Source: Phaeosaccion multiseriatum
Lineage: Eukaryota; Protista; Ochrophyta, other classes
Length of the DNA: 64,000 nt
Direction: 5' to 3'
Assembly: GCA_965112735.1 (NCBI GenBank)
Contig: OZ218955.1
Span: 3,472,001 to 3,536,000, forward strand
The notes beneath the pieces were generated by a model. It was not told where the DNA came from, did not search any database, and saw only the letters and a program-made list of their open reading frames with translations. This document shows, piece by piece, positions 11,371 through 57,100 of this stretch. Every line of letters starts with the position of its first letter. Positions within the stretch are counted from its first letter, which is position 1. The translations under genes were made by a program, and so were the position numbers.

Positions 11371-14300
11371 ATGAAGTCTTTCGGGATCATGCTGCTGCTG
11401 GGCAGCAGCTTCTCCGTCATTCAGGTTGGTGAGGCCCTAAGTCATGGGTGCTTCAATGCTCTCTTGTATGACGTGCCTGCGGCGGAAATTGCCACTGTCA
11501 ATCCTCCGCACGCCAACTGAGATCCTTGAGAGGCCCCCGGTCATGCTTTCCTCGCGAGGCAATCTTGCCTGCGCCGCCGCTGCTGCTTCTGCTTCCCTGC
11601 TCCCTGCTCGCTTACTGGGATGGGCGGCATGATTGGTCCCTCGTTCAAGCAACGGAGTTGGCACCATTGCTCGATGGGAATGAGAGATTTGTCTCGCAAC
11701 AAGCTCACCAGTCTTAATCTCTTGCGTACCTGCTGCTCTATGATGCCTTCAGCTCGCGTCGGCCAAGGACGTGCAGCGAGTTCTTCAAGTCGATGACTGC
11801 GCTGAGCGTTGCTTGGACATCCATGCCCCGAGCACTTGCGTCGTAGACCCTGCATGTCTCGATTGTTACACGGACCCTCTAGGATGTAAGTGCCTTGTTA
11901 AGACTCGTTAATCAGGCTCCAGCCGAGTCGCAAACACCCACCCACCCTCCCTCTCCTCTTGCGTGTGTCACAGGCTTGGGTTGCAACGCGGCCGGCATCT
12001 CGCAGGAGTGCCGCTTCTGTGGCTTCACTCCGTTCGCTCCGTGCCCGGTGGAGGACGTTACGCCTCCTCCTACTGCCCCACCCACGGCCACGCCGACTTA
12101 CCCTCCCACCATGGCTCCGACCTACCCTCCCACCATGGCCCCGACTTACCCTCCCACCATGGCCCCAGTGGCTGCTCCCACCATGGCCCCGACCTACCCT
12201 CCCACCATGGCCCCGACTTACCCTCCCACCATGGCCCCAGTGGCTGCTCCCACCATGGCCCCAGTGGCCGTGACATCGCCGCCAGTCGTCCCCGACGCGG
12301 ACGACTGTGAGCAGCAATGCCTGGACTCGCATGCCCCAAGCACCTGCTTTACGGACCCTCTATGTCTCTCATGCTGGACGGACCCCAACCAGTGTAAGTA
12401 CCTTTAAGACATTTTGAACCCTCCTTCTCATGCAGTCTTTCTTTCTCGTCCTCGCCTTGCCTCAACTAGCACTTCTGTCTCGCTGTGTAGCTGATTCACC
12501 TGGCCCTCCTCGCCCCCCCCCCCTCCTCCTCCCCCCTCTACCCCGCCTTCTCGTCCTTCCTCCTCTCCCTTTCATGACTTAGGCCGTGGCTGCAACGCTG
12601 GTGGATTCGGGCAAATTTGCAGATTCTGCGGATTCGATCCCTTCGACCCATGCCCACCCGCGGACGACGCCACACCTCCACCCACCGCTCCACCCACGGC
12701 CGCACCTACCATGCCTCCGACCGCTCCTCCTACGGTGAGCCAAGCAGTTGCTCTGTGTTCGCTCAGTCGGTCGAAAAGCTCATTTTTGTCCTCTCCCCTT
12801 TTTGTCTCTTCCCCCCTTCCCTTGTTGCTGTGGTGTCGCCCCAGGCTGCCCCCACCGCTCCACCCACGGCCACGCCGACTTACCCTCCCACCATGGCCCC
12901 GACCTACCCTCCCACCATGGCCCCGACTTACCCTCCCACCATGGCCCCAGTGGCTGCTCCCACCATGGCCCCGACTTACCCTCCCACCATGGCCCCAGTG
13001 GCTGCTCCCACCATGGCCCCAGTGGCTGTGACACCGCCGCCAGTCGTCCCCGACGCGGACGACTGTGAGCAGCAATGCCTGGACTCGCATGCCCCAAGCA
13101 CCTGCTTTACGGACCCTCAATGTCTCTCATGCTGGACGGACCCCAACCAGTGTAAGTGCTTTATTTTTTATTTTTTTATTTTTTGTTCCTTCTCCTGCGG
13201 TCTTTTTGTCCTCGCTGATTCACCTGGCCCTCCTCGCTCCCTCCCCCTCCTCCTCCCCCCGTTTCTCGTCCTTCCTCCTCCTCTCCCTTTCATGACTTAG
13301 GCCGCGGCTGCAACGCTGGTGGATTCGGGCAAATTTGCAGATTCTGCGGATTCGATCCCTTCGACCCATGCCCACCCGCGGACGACGCCACACCTCCACC
13401 CACCGCTCCACCCACGGCCGCACCTACCATGCCTCCTACGGTGAGTCAAGCAATTCCTCTGTGTTCGCTCAGTCGGTCGACAAGCTAATTTTTGTACTCT
13501 CCCCTTTTGTTCCTTATCCCTCTTCCCTTATTGCTATCGCGACGCCCCAGGCTCCCCCTACTTACACGCCCACCTACCCGCCCACTTACCCCCCCACCGC
13601 TCCTCCTACGGTAAGTCAAGCAGTTGCTGCGTCTTCGCTCAGTCGGTCGAAACGCAAATTATTTTACTCTCCCCTTTTTGTTTCTCTAACCCTCGTCCCT
13701 TGTTGCTGTCGTGTCGCCCCAGGCGCCCCCCACTTACACGCCCACTTACCCGCCCACGGCACCACCCACCGCTCCTCCTACGGTAAGTCAAGCAGTTGCT
13801 GTGTCTTCGCTCAGTCGGTGGAGAAGGCTAATTTTTGTACTCTCCCCTTTTGTTCCTTATCCCTCTTCCCTTATTGCTATCGCGACGCCCCAGGCTCCCC
13901 CCACTTACACGCCCACCTACCCGCCCACTTACCCCCCCACCGCTCCTCCTACGGTAAGTCAAGCAGTTGCTGCGTCTTCGCTCAGTCGGTCGAAACGCAA
14001 ATTATTTTACTCTCCCCTTTTTGTTTCTCTACCCCTCGTCCCTTGTTGCTGTCGCGTCGCCCCAGGCTCCCCCCACCTACACGCCCACTTACCCGCCCAC
14101 GGCACCACCCACCGCTCCTCCTACGGTAAGTCAAGCAGTTGCTGTGTCTTCGCTCAGTCGGTCGAGAAGGCTCATTTTTTTACTCTCCCCTTTTTGGTTC
14201 TCTACCCCTCGTCCCTTGTTGCTGTCGTGTCGCCCCAGGCTCCCCCCACTTACACGCCCACCTACCCGCCCACTTACCCCCCCACCGCTCCTCCTACGGT

Positions 14301-14984
14301 AAGTCAAGCAGTTGCTGCGTCTTCGCCCAGTCGGTCGAAAAGCAAATTATTTTACTCTCCCCTTTTTGTTTCTGTACCCCTCGTCCCTTGTGCTGTCGTG
14401 TCGCCCCAGGCGCCCCCCACTTACACGCCCACTTACCCGCCCACGGCACCACCCACCGCTCCTCCTACGGTAAGTCAAGCAGTTGCTGTGTCTCCGCTCA
14501 GTCGGTCGAGAAGGCTCATCTTTTTTCTCCCTTTTTGTTTCTCTACCCCCCTTCCCTTGTTGCTATCGTGTCGCCCCAGGCTCAGCCCACTTACCCGCCC
14601 ACGGCCCCGCCAACCGTGACCCCGACAATGGCTCCCGTCGCCCGCGACGACGACTGCACCACCCAATGCAATGATGCGCACAACGGAAGCACCTGCTTCT
14701 ACGATCCTCGCTGCACAGCATGTGGCAGCGACCCCTACTCATGTAAGCAGTGGACTTGTCTGTTTGTTCCGCAGTTTTCCTATCATCGCCCCCGCTCCGG
14801 CCGAGTAGCTGCTCACCTGGCCCTCCTCCCTCCCTCTCCTTCGCTCCGTCCCGCCCGCCCTCCTTCCCTTCTTCCTCTCCGGTCTCACCGCTCCACAGGC
14901 CGCGGGTGCAACGCTTTCAACTTGGGCCAGAGGTGCCGCTTCTGCGGGGTGGAGACTTTCACTGATATCCCCTGCCCATACTGA
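11371..14984 (+). CDS. Secreted Pro/Thr-rich (mucin/extensin-like) protein with four 10-Cys domains
   Basis: Signal peptide MKSFGIMLLLGSSFSVIQ|LASA. Four copies of DDCxxxCxDxHxxSTCxxDPxCxxCxxDPxxCxGCNAxxxxQxCRFCGxxxFxxCP separated by PTYPPTMAP/PTAPPT repeats. Stop TGA at 14982-14984. Confidence 0.85.
13441..14579 (+). repeat. Tandem array of ~172-bp units, each a ~111-nt intron plus a 60-nt phase-0 exon (6 exons, 7 homologous introns)
   Basis: Exons at 13551-13610, 13723-13782, 13894-13953, 14066-14125, 14239-14298 and 14410-14469. Each is flanked by cgccccag| and |gtaagtcaagcagttgctg. Confidence 0.9.
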
Positions 14985-15359
14985 GCGGGACCCAGCAGGC
15001 ATCGCACCCTCGAACACCCGCCCCTCCGACGCCCGCCTCTACTCTAGTGGCCGGCCACCGCGACCACTCAGGCGAGTGACCCGATGTTGCCTCCGGCACT
15101 CCCCATCCTCCGCTCTGCTCTGTTTCTTCTCTCTTCGGTCCCTGACTGGTGCGTAGCTAACCCACCATGTGCTCTTGTCCTTCTCTCCTCTCCCGCTGTG
15201 TCGTCTTGTCGTTTTTCAGACGAACATGGCCTCACAAGGTCGTAAACGTGGTTCCTTACGGAGTGGAAGCTAAACAGAGGAGTGTAGAGAAACGAAGGGA
15301 GGTTTTGTTTCCTTCGCTTACCTTCGCATTAAATTGATCGTGCTCGTGTTGTGTCATTT

Positions 15360-15428
15360 CAAAATTAATTTAGTCTCTGCGCATTGTGCTCTCAAAATTA
15401 ATTTAGTCTCTGCTCATTGTGCTCTCAA
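15360..15428. repeat. 33-bp direct tandem duplication upstream of the giant gene
   Basis: caaaattaatttagtctctgc(g/t)cattgtgctct occurs twice in tandem. Confidence 0.85.
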
Positions 15429-15708
15429 AGTTCGTATACGCTGTGGCCAGCAAGCCAACCTTTGCATCTCCATCCTTTCACCCTTCACCCGTCGGGTTTC
15501 ATTCAGAGTGTGTGCCAGTAAGGGTGGGGCTCCGAAGAAGCATCGTGGCCGACTTTCGATATTTATTTCATGCTGGGTGATCGAAAAAAACAAACAAGAA
15601 ACAAGAAAAAAAAATTCCAGCTTCACGTCAAGTGTGCACGTTGGTTCTCCATGAACGGTTGGGATTTGGGATCCAGGTAATGAAAGCAAGCAGAAAAGAG
15701 AGAAAAGC

Positions 15709-50591
<34,883 letters not shown>

Positions 50592-51089
50592 GAACGTGCC
50601 GGGGTGGTTAGCAGCAAGCGAAGGCTCCAAGGCCCAGACAGAAAGAGAGGTGGCACCGGAGGGGGTCCGGCAGGATCACTCTGTTTACGTATAGAGACTG
50701 TATTACGGGTACCTTGTACATACTTGTACATTTTTATTATAATTCAGTTACTACATTCCTTTGTTCACCCCCCTGTGGCCTGTCGCTTGGAGCCCCTGTT
50801 CGCTCCCCTTTAGAAGCGGCGCCTGCGGAATCGCTTCCGCAGCTGGACCTCATCCCCCACACAGAGGGCCTTTCTCTTTTTGTTCCTCGACGGCTGCTGC
50901 TTGTCTACTCCTCTCCCTGCGATTCCTGCCCACAAGCAGGGCGAGAGGCGAGAGGACGTGCATTGTTTCTTCGTCGCCCCTCCGCGCTTCTCGTGGCTTT
51001 CTATGTGCACGTCCTGCTCCTCTCGACCATCGCGGGGAAGGCCTTCCTCGGCGGTATCTCTCTCCTCGGCTGCCCTGCTGACACGTACA

Positions 51090-51223
51090 TACCCAAGACA
51101 CATGTCGCCGAACTTCCCTCCCTGCTGTGCAAACTTATCACACCCTTCAACTCGGCAGCGCTTCCTTTCAGTGCGGTACAACTCCTTCCTTCTGTGCTTG
51201 TTTCTCGCGCCCGTCAACTTCAC
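51090..51223 (-). pseudogene. Isolated fragment resembling the CxxxGCxKxAxxGGxCxxH (WRKY19-like) zinc-finger repeat
   Basis: RCRVEGCDKFAQQGGKFGDMCLG. Single degenerate copy, no terminal His, no clear start or further repeats. Lies in the short gap between two + strand genes. Confidence 0.3.
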
Positions 51224-51364
51224 AGCTTGAGCCGCATGAGAGATGCAGACTCCTTCTTGCCGCGCTTTATTCCCGCAGGCGGCGCTGGGGCACCCCCGGG
51301 GATATCGTTGACAAAAAGGGCTGTGGCATTATTCGCAATGCTTCACAAACAAGACAAGACAACC

Positions 51365-52822
51365 ATGGCGCCACACGCAGTAGCTCGTGCGTTGAAGGCC
51401 ATCCTCACTCTCTGCGTCGGAATCGGTGAGTCGAAGAAGGAGGCGGCAGTGTAAGAGCAAGAGGACAGAGAGAGGAAGAAGCGGAGGGCTCTAAGGGGGA
51501 GAGAACCCCGCAGCGGGGAGAGAAAGAGCAGGAGAGAGAGCGCGAAGCAGGCACAGCAGAAGCAGTGTGCGGGGATCTCTCCTCTATTTGGAGTGGGCAT
51601 GGCAGCTCTGCGCTTGTGCAAGATATGCGTGTAGGGTTTCCCTCCCCTCCGCTCTCCAAGAACGGCGGGAAAATTATGAAGACCTCATTCTGCTGCCTCA
51701 ATCTCCTTCGTGTGATGCCCCTCCTCCTCGATTCGCCCATCAGGGCTTGCTGCTGCCTGTGAGACCGACCAAGACTGCCTCTCTCTGGTCGAGACCGACA
51801 GCTTTGCCATCGATTCCGGGAAAAGCGTGTACTGCGACATGGACGCCTGTTCCGGCTCTCCCACCCAGGAGAGTCTACTCCTCTGCAACTACGGCGGCTT
51901 TGACCAGGACTGCCGAGGCTGCTTTCTGACAGAGGTGAGCTCGCAACCTTGAGTCCTCAATAAGGAAGCCTTTGGCTCGTAATCCAAAGCCCTTTTGGCG
52001 GGAGTGATAAACCAAAGTCGCAGCCAAAGGCTGCGGAGACTAACAGGCCGTCCAATCAATGCCCTCCACACTACTCCTTCCCGCCTTTCTTCTCACTTGC
52101 CCCTTTATTGATCTGCTTCCTGTGCCTTCCTCTGTCTTCTCTCTCAGGAGGGGCGTGCCGAGTACCTCGTGGAGAACCCCGCCGAGGCTGCGCTCAACTT
52201 TCCCCTCTGCCCGAGCGTGACCAGCACCGTGGCGCCCACGCCCACGCCCACGCCCACCGCCACTCCCGCGCCCACGTCTACACCCACGGCCACTCCTACG
52301 TCCACGCCCCCGCCCACTGCCGCTCCTACGCCGTCTATTGCACCCACCACAGAACTGCAGTCTAACAGCTGCTCGGGGCGGTGCGGAGTGTTCGAGGGGG
52401 ATGAAACGCTGATTACGTGCTACTGGTGGGTGTGTGCGTGACTTGTTTTGCTTGCCTGAGCGCCGCGCTTCGTCGATAGCTATACGCCGGTCCAGGAGTG
52501 GGTATCATGCGTCTGCTTGCCCCAATACTCTGCCTCTCCCCCCCCGGCCAGCAGGTGATGTCCGGCGCTCGGTTACCACCGTGAACAGCTGAACAGCCTC
52601 TTACCCTCTCCTTTATTCGAACCGACCTCATCTACTTTCTGACTCGACCTTTGCTCTGGGCCACTTGTCCGCCCTCCCTTCGACTCCCTCCCCGCCAGCG
52701 ATGACCAGTGCGTCTTCTTCGAGGATTGCTGCTCGGACTTTGACACCCTGTGTGTGGGCATCGTTCCCTCGTTGACCCCAATCGATGAGGAACCGGTGAC
52801 CACCCCCTCTCCAGCCGCTTAG
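51365..52822 (+). CDS. Secreted protein: signal peptide, 8-Cys domain, PT linker, somatomedin-B-like domain
   Basis: MAPHAVARALKAILTLCVGI|GLAAA, then CETDQDC..YCDMDAC..LCNYGGFDQDCRGC..LCP, then PTPTPTATPAPT, then SCSGRCG...CY-C|DDQCVFFEDCCSDFDTLC (SMB consensus CxCDxxCxxxxDCCxDxxxxC). In-frame TAG at 52820-52822. Confidence 0.75.
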
Positions 52823-52954
52823 CCACTGCTCTTGGTACGTGTGGTGAGAAGCAAGTCAAACGAGAGGGTCCTTAGATTAAAGGCCTAAAGTGCCGCGCAG
52901 CGGTGCCCTGCTGACCGCCACTCACGTGCCGCCATCCTACTTAAACATCGTCCT

Positions 52955-52959
<5 letters not shown>

Positions 52960-53032
<73 letters not shown>

Positions 53033-53052
53033 GTGCGTGTGTGCGTGCGTGC
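52960..53052. repeat. (GT)n microsatellite
   Basis: Long gtgt run. Confidence 0.95.
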
Positions 53053-54131
53053 GTCGCTCTCTCTCTCTCTCTTGCGTCTGAGCAGTGCGCCGAGTTTGGC
53101 GACTGCTGCGAGGACTGCGACACTCTTTGTGTCTGAACATCGCGGAATGAGAGATTCGCATACACTACATGATCTACGCACCCAAGCAGGGCACGCGGTA
53201 GAGCGAGTTTGGCGGAAGAAGCCCCTTAGCTACTTCTCTTCGCTCTAGCCGATATATAGACTCCCACCGGCTTCAGCGCTTTGAAAGCATGCTAGAGCGA
53301 CCCACCGCCTCGTCAGTTCTCTTGTCTGAATGACTGGGCGTCGAGAGCAAATGCAAACCAATACATAAGCCAGCGCTTTTCACGCAAAGTGGCACACCCC
53401 GACTCGCACTGGTCGCTGACTGAGCCCAGCAGTAGGGCATTAGGGCATTACAGCAGTCAAGGCTATTTGCAGCTCTTGTTGGCTGAACGTATCTTTTGCG
53501 TTTCTTAAGGCGGAAAGGCTATCACGGCCAAGACACCGACCTGATGCAACCTGATGCATCATCAAACCCCTCCCAGACCACCCCCCCCCCCCCCAAATCC
53601 TCTCTTCGTTCTATAGTCTTTCATTCAATATGGTGCCCAGCTTCTCTCCTCCTCCTTCCTCCTGCCGTGAAGCAAGGCAGCGCCTCAATCACAGGCCCTC
53701 GCACCAAGCTGAAGGTCCAACACGGCTCACGCTTCACGTGCCACGCTCTGTCCTGAATACCCTCCTTGTGGCAAAACTGCCCCCCTATCTGTCTATCTAT
53801 CGATCCATCGATCGGTCTATATTCGCCGTTTGCACAGCTCTCAGCTCAGCAACTCGTAGCGAGCTGGGAGGGATCTCTGTCTCTCTCTCTCCCTGTCTGT
53901 CTGTCTGTCTGTCTGTATGTCTTTGTCAGAGCCTACAGAGGCAAGGGACGAGACCAACGACTGCTCCTACGAGCCCATCGGGAGGAGGGATGGCCGTAGA
54001 TGCCTTGTTGCTTGACATTTTGCTTGACATTGTGCTTGACGCGATCAATCTTCTCCGATGTGCGATGTCTCACGTTTGTCACTGATCCATCTTGTCTGTT
54101 GGTCATTTGTCGCGCGTGACAGTCAATAGCG

Positions 54132-57100
54132 CTACGGGAAGAGGTCTTCAATCAGCGCAAACATTGCTCGCATTCCCTGCGCCTCGCCCCCAGAGGGCCT
54201 TCCTGGGCGGGACTCCTGTAGTAGATGGCAGCACATGGCAGTACGTAAGAGGCACATGGCAGTAGATGGCAACAGATAGGAAGGTGGTGGGTGGGTGGCC
54301 GAGGGTTGGCGGTATACGAGTGTTAAGTGCACGGTGAGTAGAGAGGACGGTGTGTCATCACAAACAGCCCTTCGACACACAAGCGTTTGACAAAAGCTTC
54401 ACCGCCACAAAACACACTCACAGACAGACCACCAGTACCAGTACCAGTACCAGTACCACCTCTCTCCCTCTTTCTTTCTTTCTTTCGACTTCTCCTCCAC
54501 CCGTCTCTCGCGCTCTCATAGACTAGACAGAGGGCTCTCGCTTAGCACGGAGAAGATAGAGCGGTCTCATAGACTAGATAGAAGCCCGTCTCATAACTAG
54601 ACAGAGGGCTCTCATAAACTAGACAGAGGGCTCTCATCAACTAGACAGAAGCCTCTCGCTTGGCATAGACTACATAGAGTGCTCTCGCTTGGCCAAGCGA
54701 CAGAATAAGAGCCGTCACCAAGCCTTACCGTGTTGAAGGCCATAAAGTCGAGATGCAGCCACTTTGTGCTGCCACTCTTGCTGCCACCCTCCTCCTCTCC
54801 TTCGTCATTCTCCTCACCATCCCCCTCTTCCTCCCCCTCCCCTTTCTTGCTGTCCTTCCCCACGAACTCCTCCAGGTATAGCGCGGCGGTAATGGCTCCT
54901 CCATACCCCCCTGCTCCAATGTTCTTGAGGTCGGCGAGGGGGCTCTTAAGCTGCTTGCGGTAGCCGTCCCATAGGGGGAGCCGCCACACCTACCGCAGGA
55001 GACAGAACATGCATCAGAGACAAGCCAAAGTGAAGGAGGGGGCGGGGAGGAGGAGCAGGAGGAGGAGGAGGAGGAGGAGGAGGAGGAGGGCGAGGGGGGA
55101 GAATCAGCTTACTCAATACCCTACGCCTGGTAGGTCTCTCTCCTCTACACCCTTACCCTATACCCTCTCAGCTTCCCTCTCCTCACCGCCGTTACACCGC
55201 ATGTCTGTCCGGCCTTTCCCTCTTACACCCTCTCACCTGGTCGTTCACCGTCCCGCTGAGCTTTACGAGCTTATCCCCAAGCTCTTCGTCGTTAGAGAAG
55301 AGCACAGGCACGTCGGTGCCGAGGGCCACGCGAGCGGCGCCGGTCAGAGTCGCTGAGGGAGAGGGAGGGAGAGAGGGAGGGAGGGAGGGAGGGAGGGAGG
55401 GAGGGAGGGAGGGAGGGAGGGAGGGAGGGAGGGAGGGAGGGAGGGAGGAAGGAAGGAAGGAAGGAAGGAAGGAAGGAAGGAAGGAAGGGAGGGAGGGAGG
55501 GAGGAAGGGCGGGCGGGCGGGCGGGAGGGAGGGAGGGAGGGAAGGAGAGGGTGAGGGGCGGTAGGACAGTCATCTGTTCCGTATGCCTGTATATTCTCTT
55601 TCTCTCCATCCATCCATCCATCCACCCATCCATCTCATGTTTTTTATGATGGTTTCTGCTCACCCATGTCGATGAGAAGCTCGGGCTCCTCAGAGCTTGC
55701 CTCCACGAGGGCATCACCCAGCACGAGACGGCCCTCAGCGTCCGTGTTGCCTGAGAGAGGAGAGAGAGAGGCATACCGTGAGGAGGGGGTGACAGCAAAG
55801 GCACAGAGATAGTAGAGGTATATAGGTGGGACGCGAGGGCGTAGAAGCGCAGAAGCTAGAGGCATGTGGGTAAGAAGTGCTCATCACTAACCGATTTCGG
55901 TGGATTTTCCGTTCCTTGCCACCAACACGTCTCCGGGGCGGAAGGCGTTGCCGTGGATGTTGTTCTCAACGGCTGAGGACAGGGGGGAGGAGGAGGAGGA
56001 GGAGGAGGAGGAGGTGGTGGAGGAGGAGGAGAAGGAGGAGGAGAAGGAGGAGGGGGAGGAGGAGGAGGAGGAGGAGGAGGAGGAGGAGGAGGAGGAGGAG
56101 GAGGAGGGGGGGGAGGAGGGGGGAGGAGGAGGAGGAGGAGGAGGAGGAGGAGGAGGAGGAGGAGGAGGAGGAGCAGGAGGAGGGGGGGGAGGAGGAGGAA
56201 GAGGAGGAGGGGGGGGGAGGAGGAGGGGGAGAGAGGGAGAAAAGGGGGAAAAGGAAGGAGAGGGGGCAGCGGAGCATACGTAAGGGACTGGACACAACAC
56301 AAACATTCCAACAGAGGGAAGGGACGCACGCACGCACACACGCACACACCTGGGACGAGCACACGGAGGCGGATGGGAAGGTTCGAGGCCATGATCATCC
56401 TCGCCAGGCCAATAACCTGCGTTAAGAGTGAAGGGAGAGGCAGCAAAGAGTAGTTAGTAAGGCAAGAACGTGTAGTTAGTAAGGCAAGAACGTGTGCACG
56501 ACAGAGAGTTGTAATAGTGTGCTGCTCACTGCCTTCCTTGGTTAGACAGTCACCTGCGCAGCCCCGCCCATGTCCTTCTTCATGGTGAGCATTGATCCGC
56601 CCGGCTTGATGTTCAGCCCTCCCGTGTCAAAGCACACGCCTGTGCAGTAAGTCAGTGAGTGTTATGGCCACAGGGAGGGGTGAGGGGGGGTCAGTCACAC
56701 GCAGGGGATGACGCGGATGGTAATGGATGGTAGTGTGTTAGGAGGGGCGGGGTATAGGTGGTGGCCTGTTGGGAGAAGGGTAGTAAGAGGAGGGTACGGT
56801 ATCGATTGGTAAGGACGGCCTCCATACCGTTGCCAGCGAGGGTGACCCCAGGTGGTCCTCCTTGCCCCACATACACACACATGCATGCATACATACATAC
56901 ATACATACATGCATACATAGATACATACATACATACATACACACAAACACACACGCACGCACACACACGCACACACACACGCACACACACACGCACGCAC
57001 CACACGCACACCCCCTGACTTACCCTTGCCCACCAGCGTGACCTTAGGGTGCTCCTCCTTGCCCCACGTGAGGTCAAGCAGTCGAGGCTCTCTGCCGCTG

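Noticed and set aside
13441-14579. Regularly spaced repeat array as a possible CRISPR array
   Set aside because: No unique spacers and no cas genes. Units are homologous along their whole length, have GT..AG boundaries and encode in-frame Pro/Thr exons.
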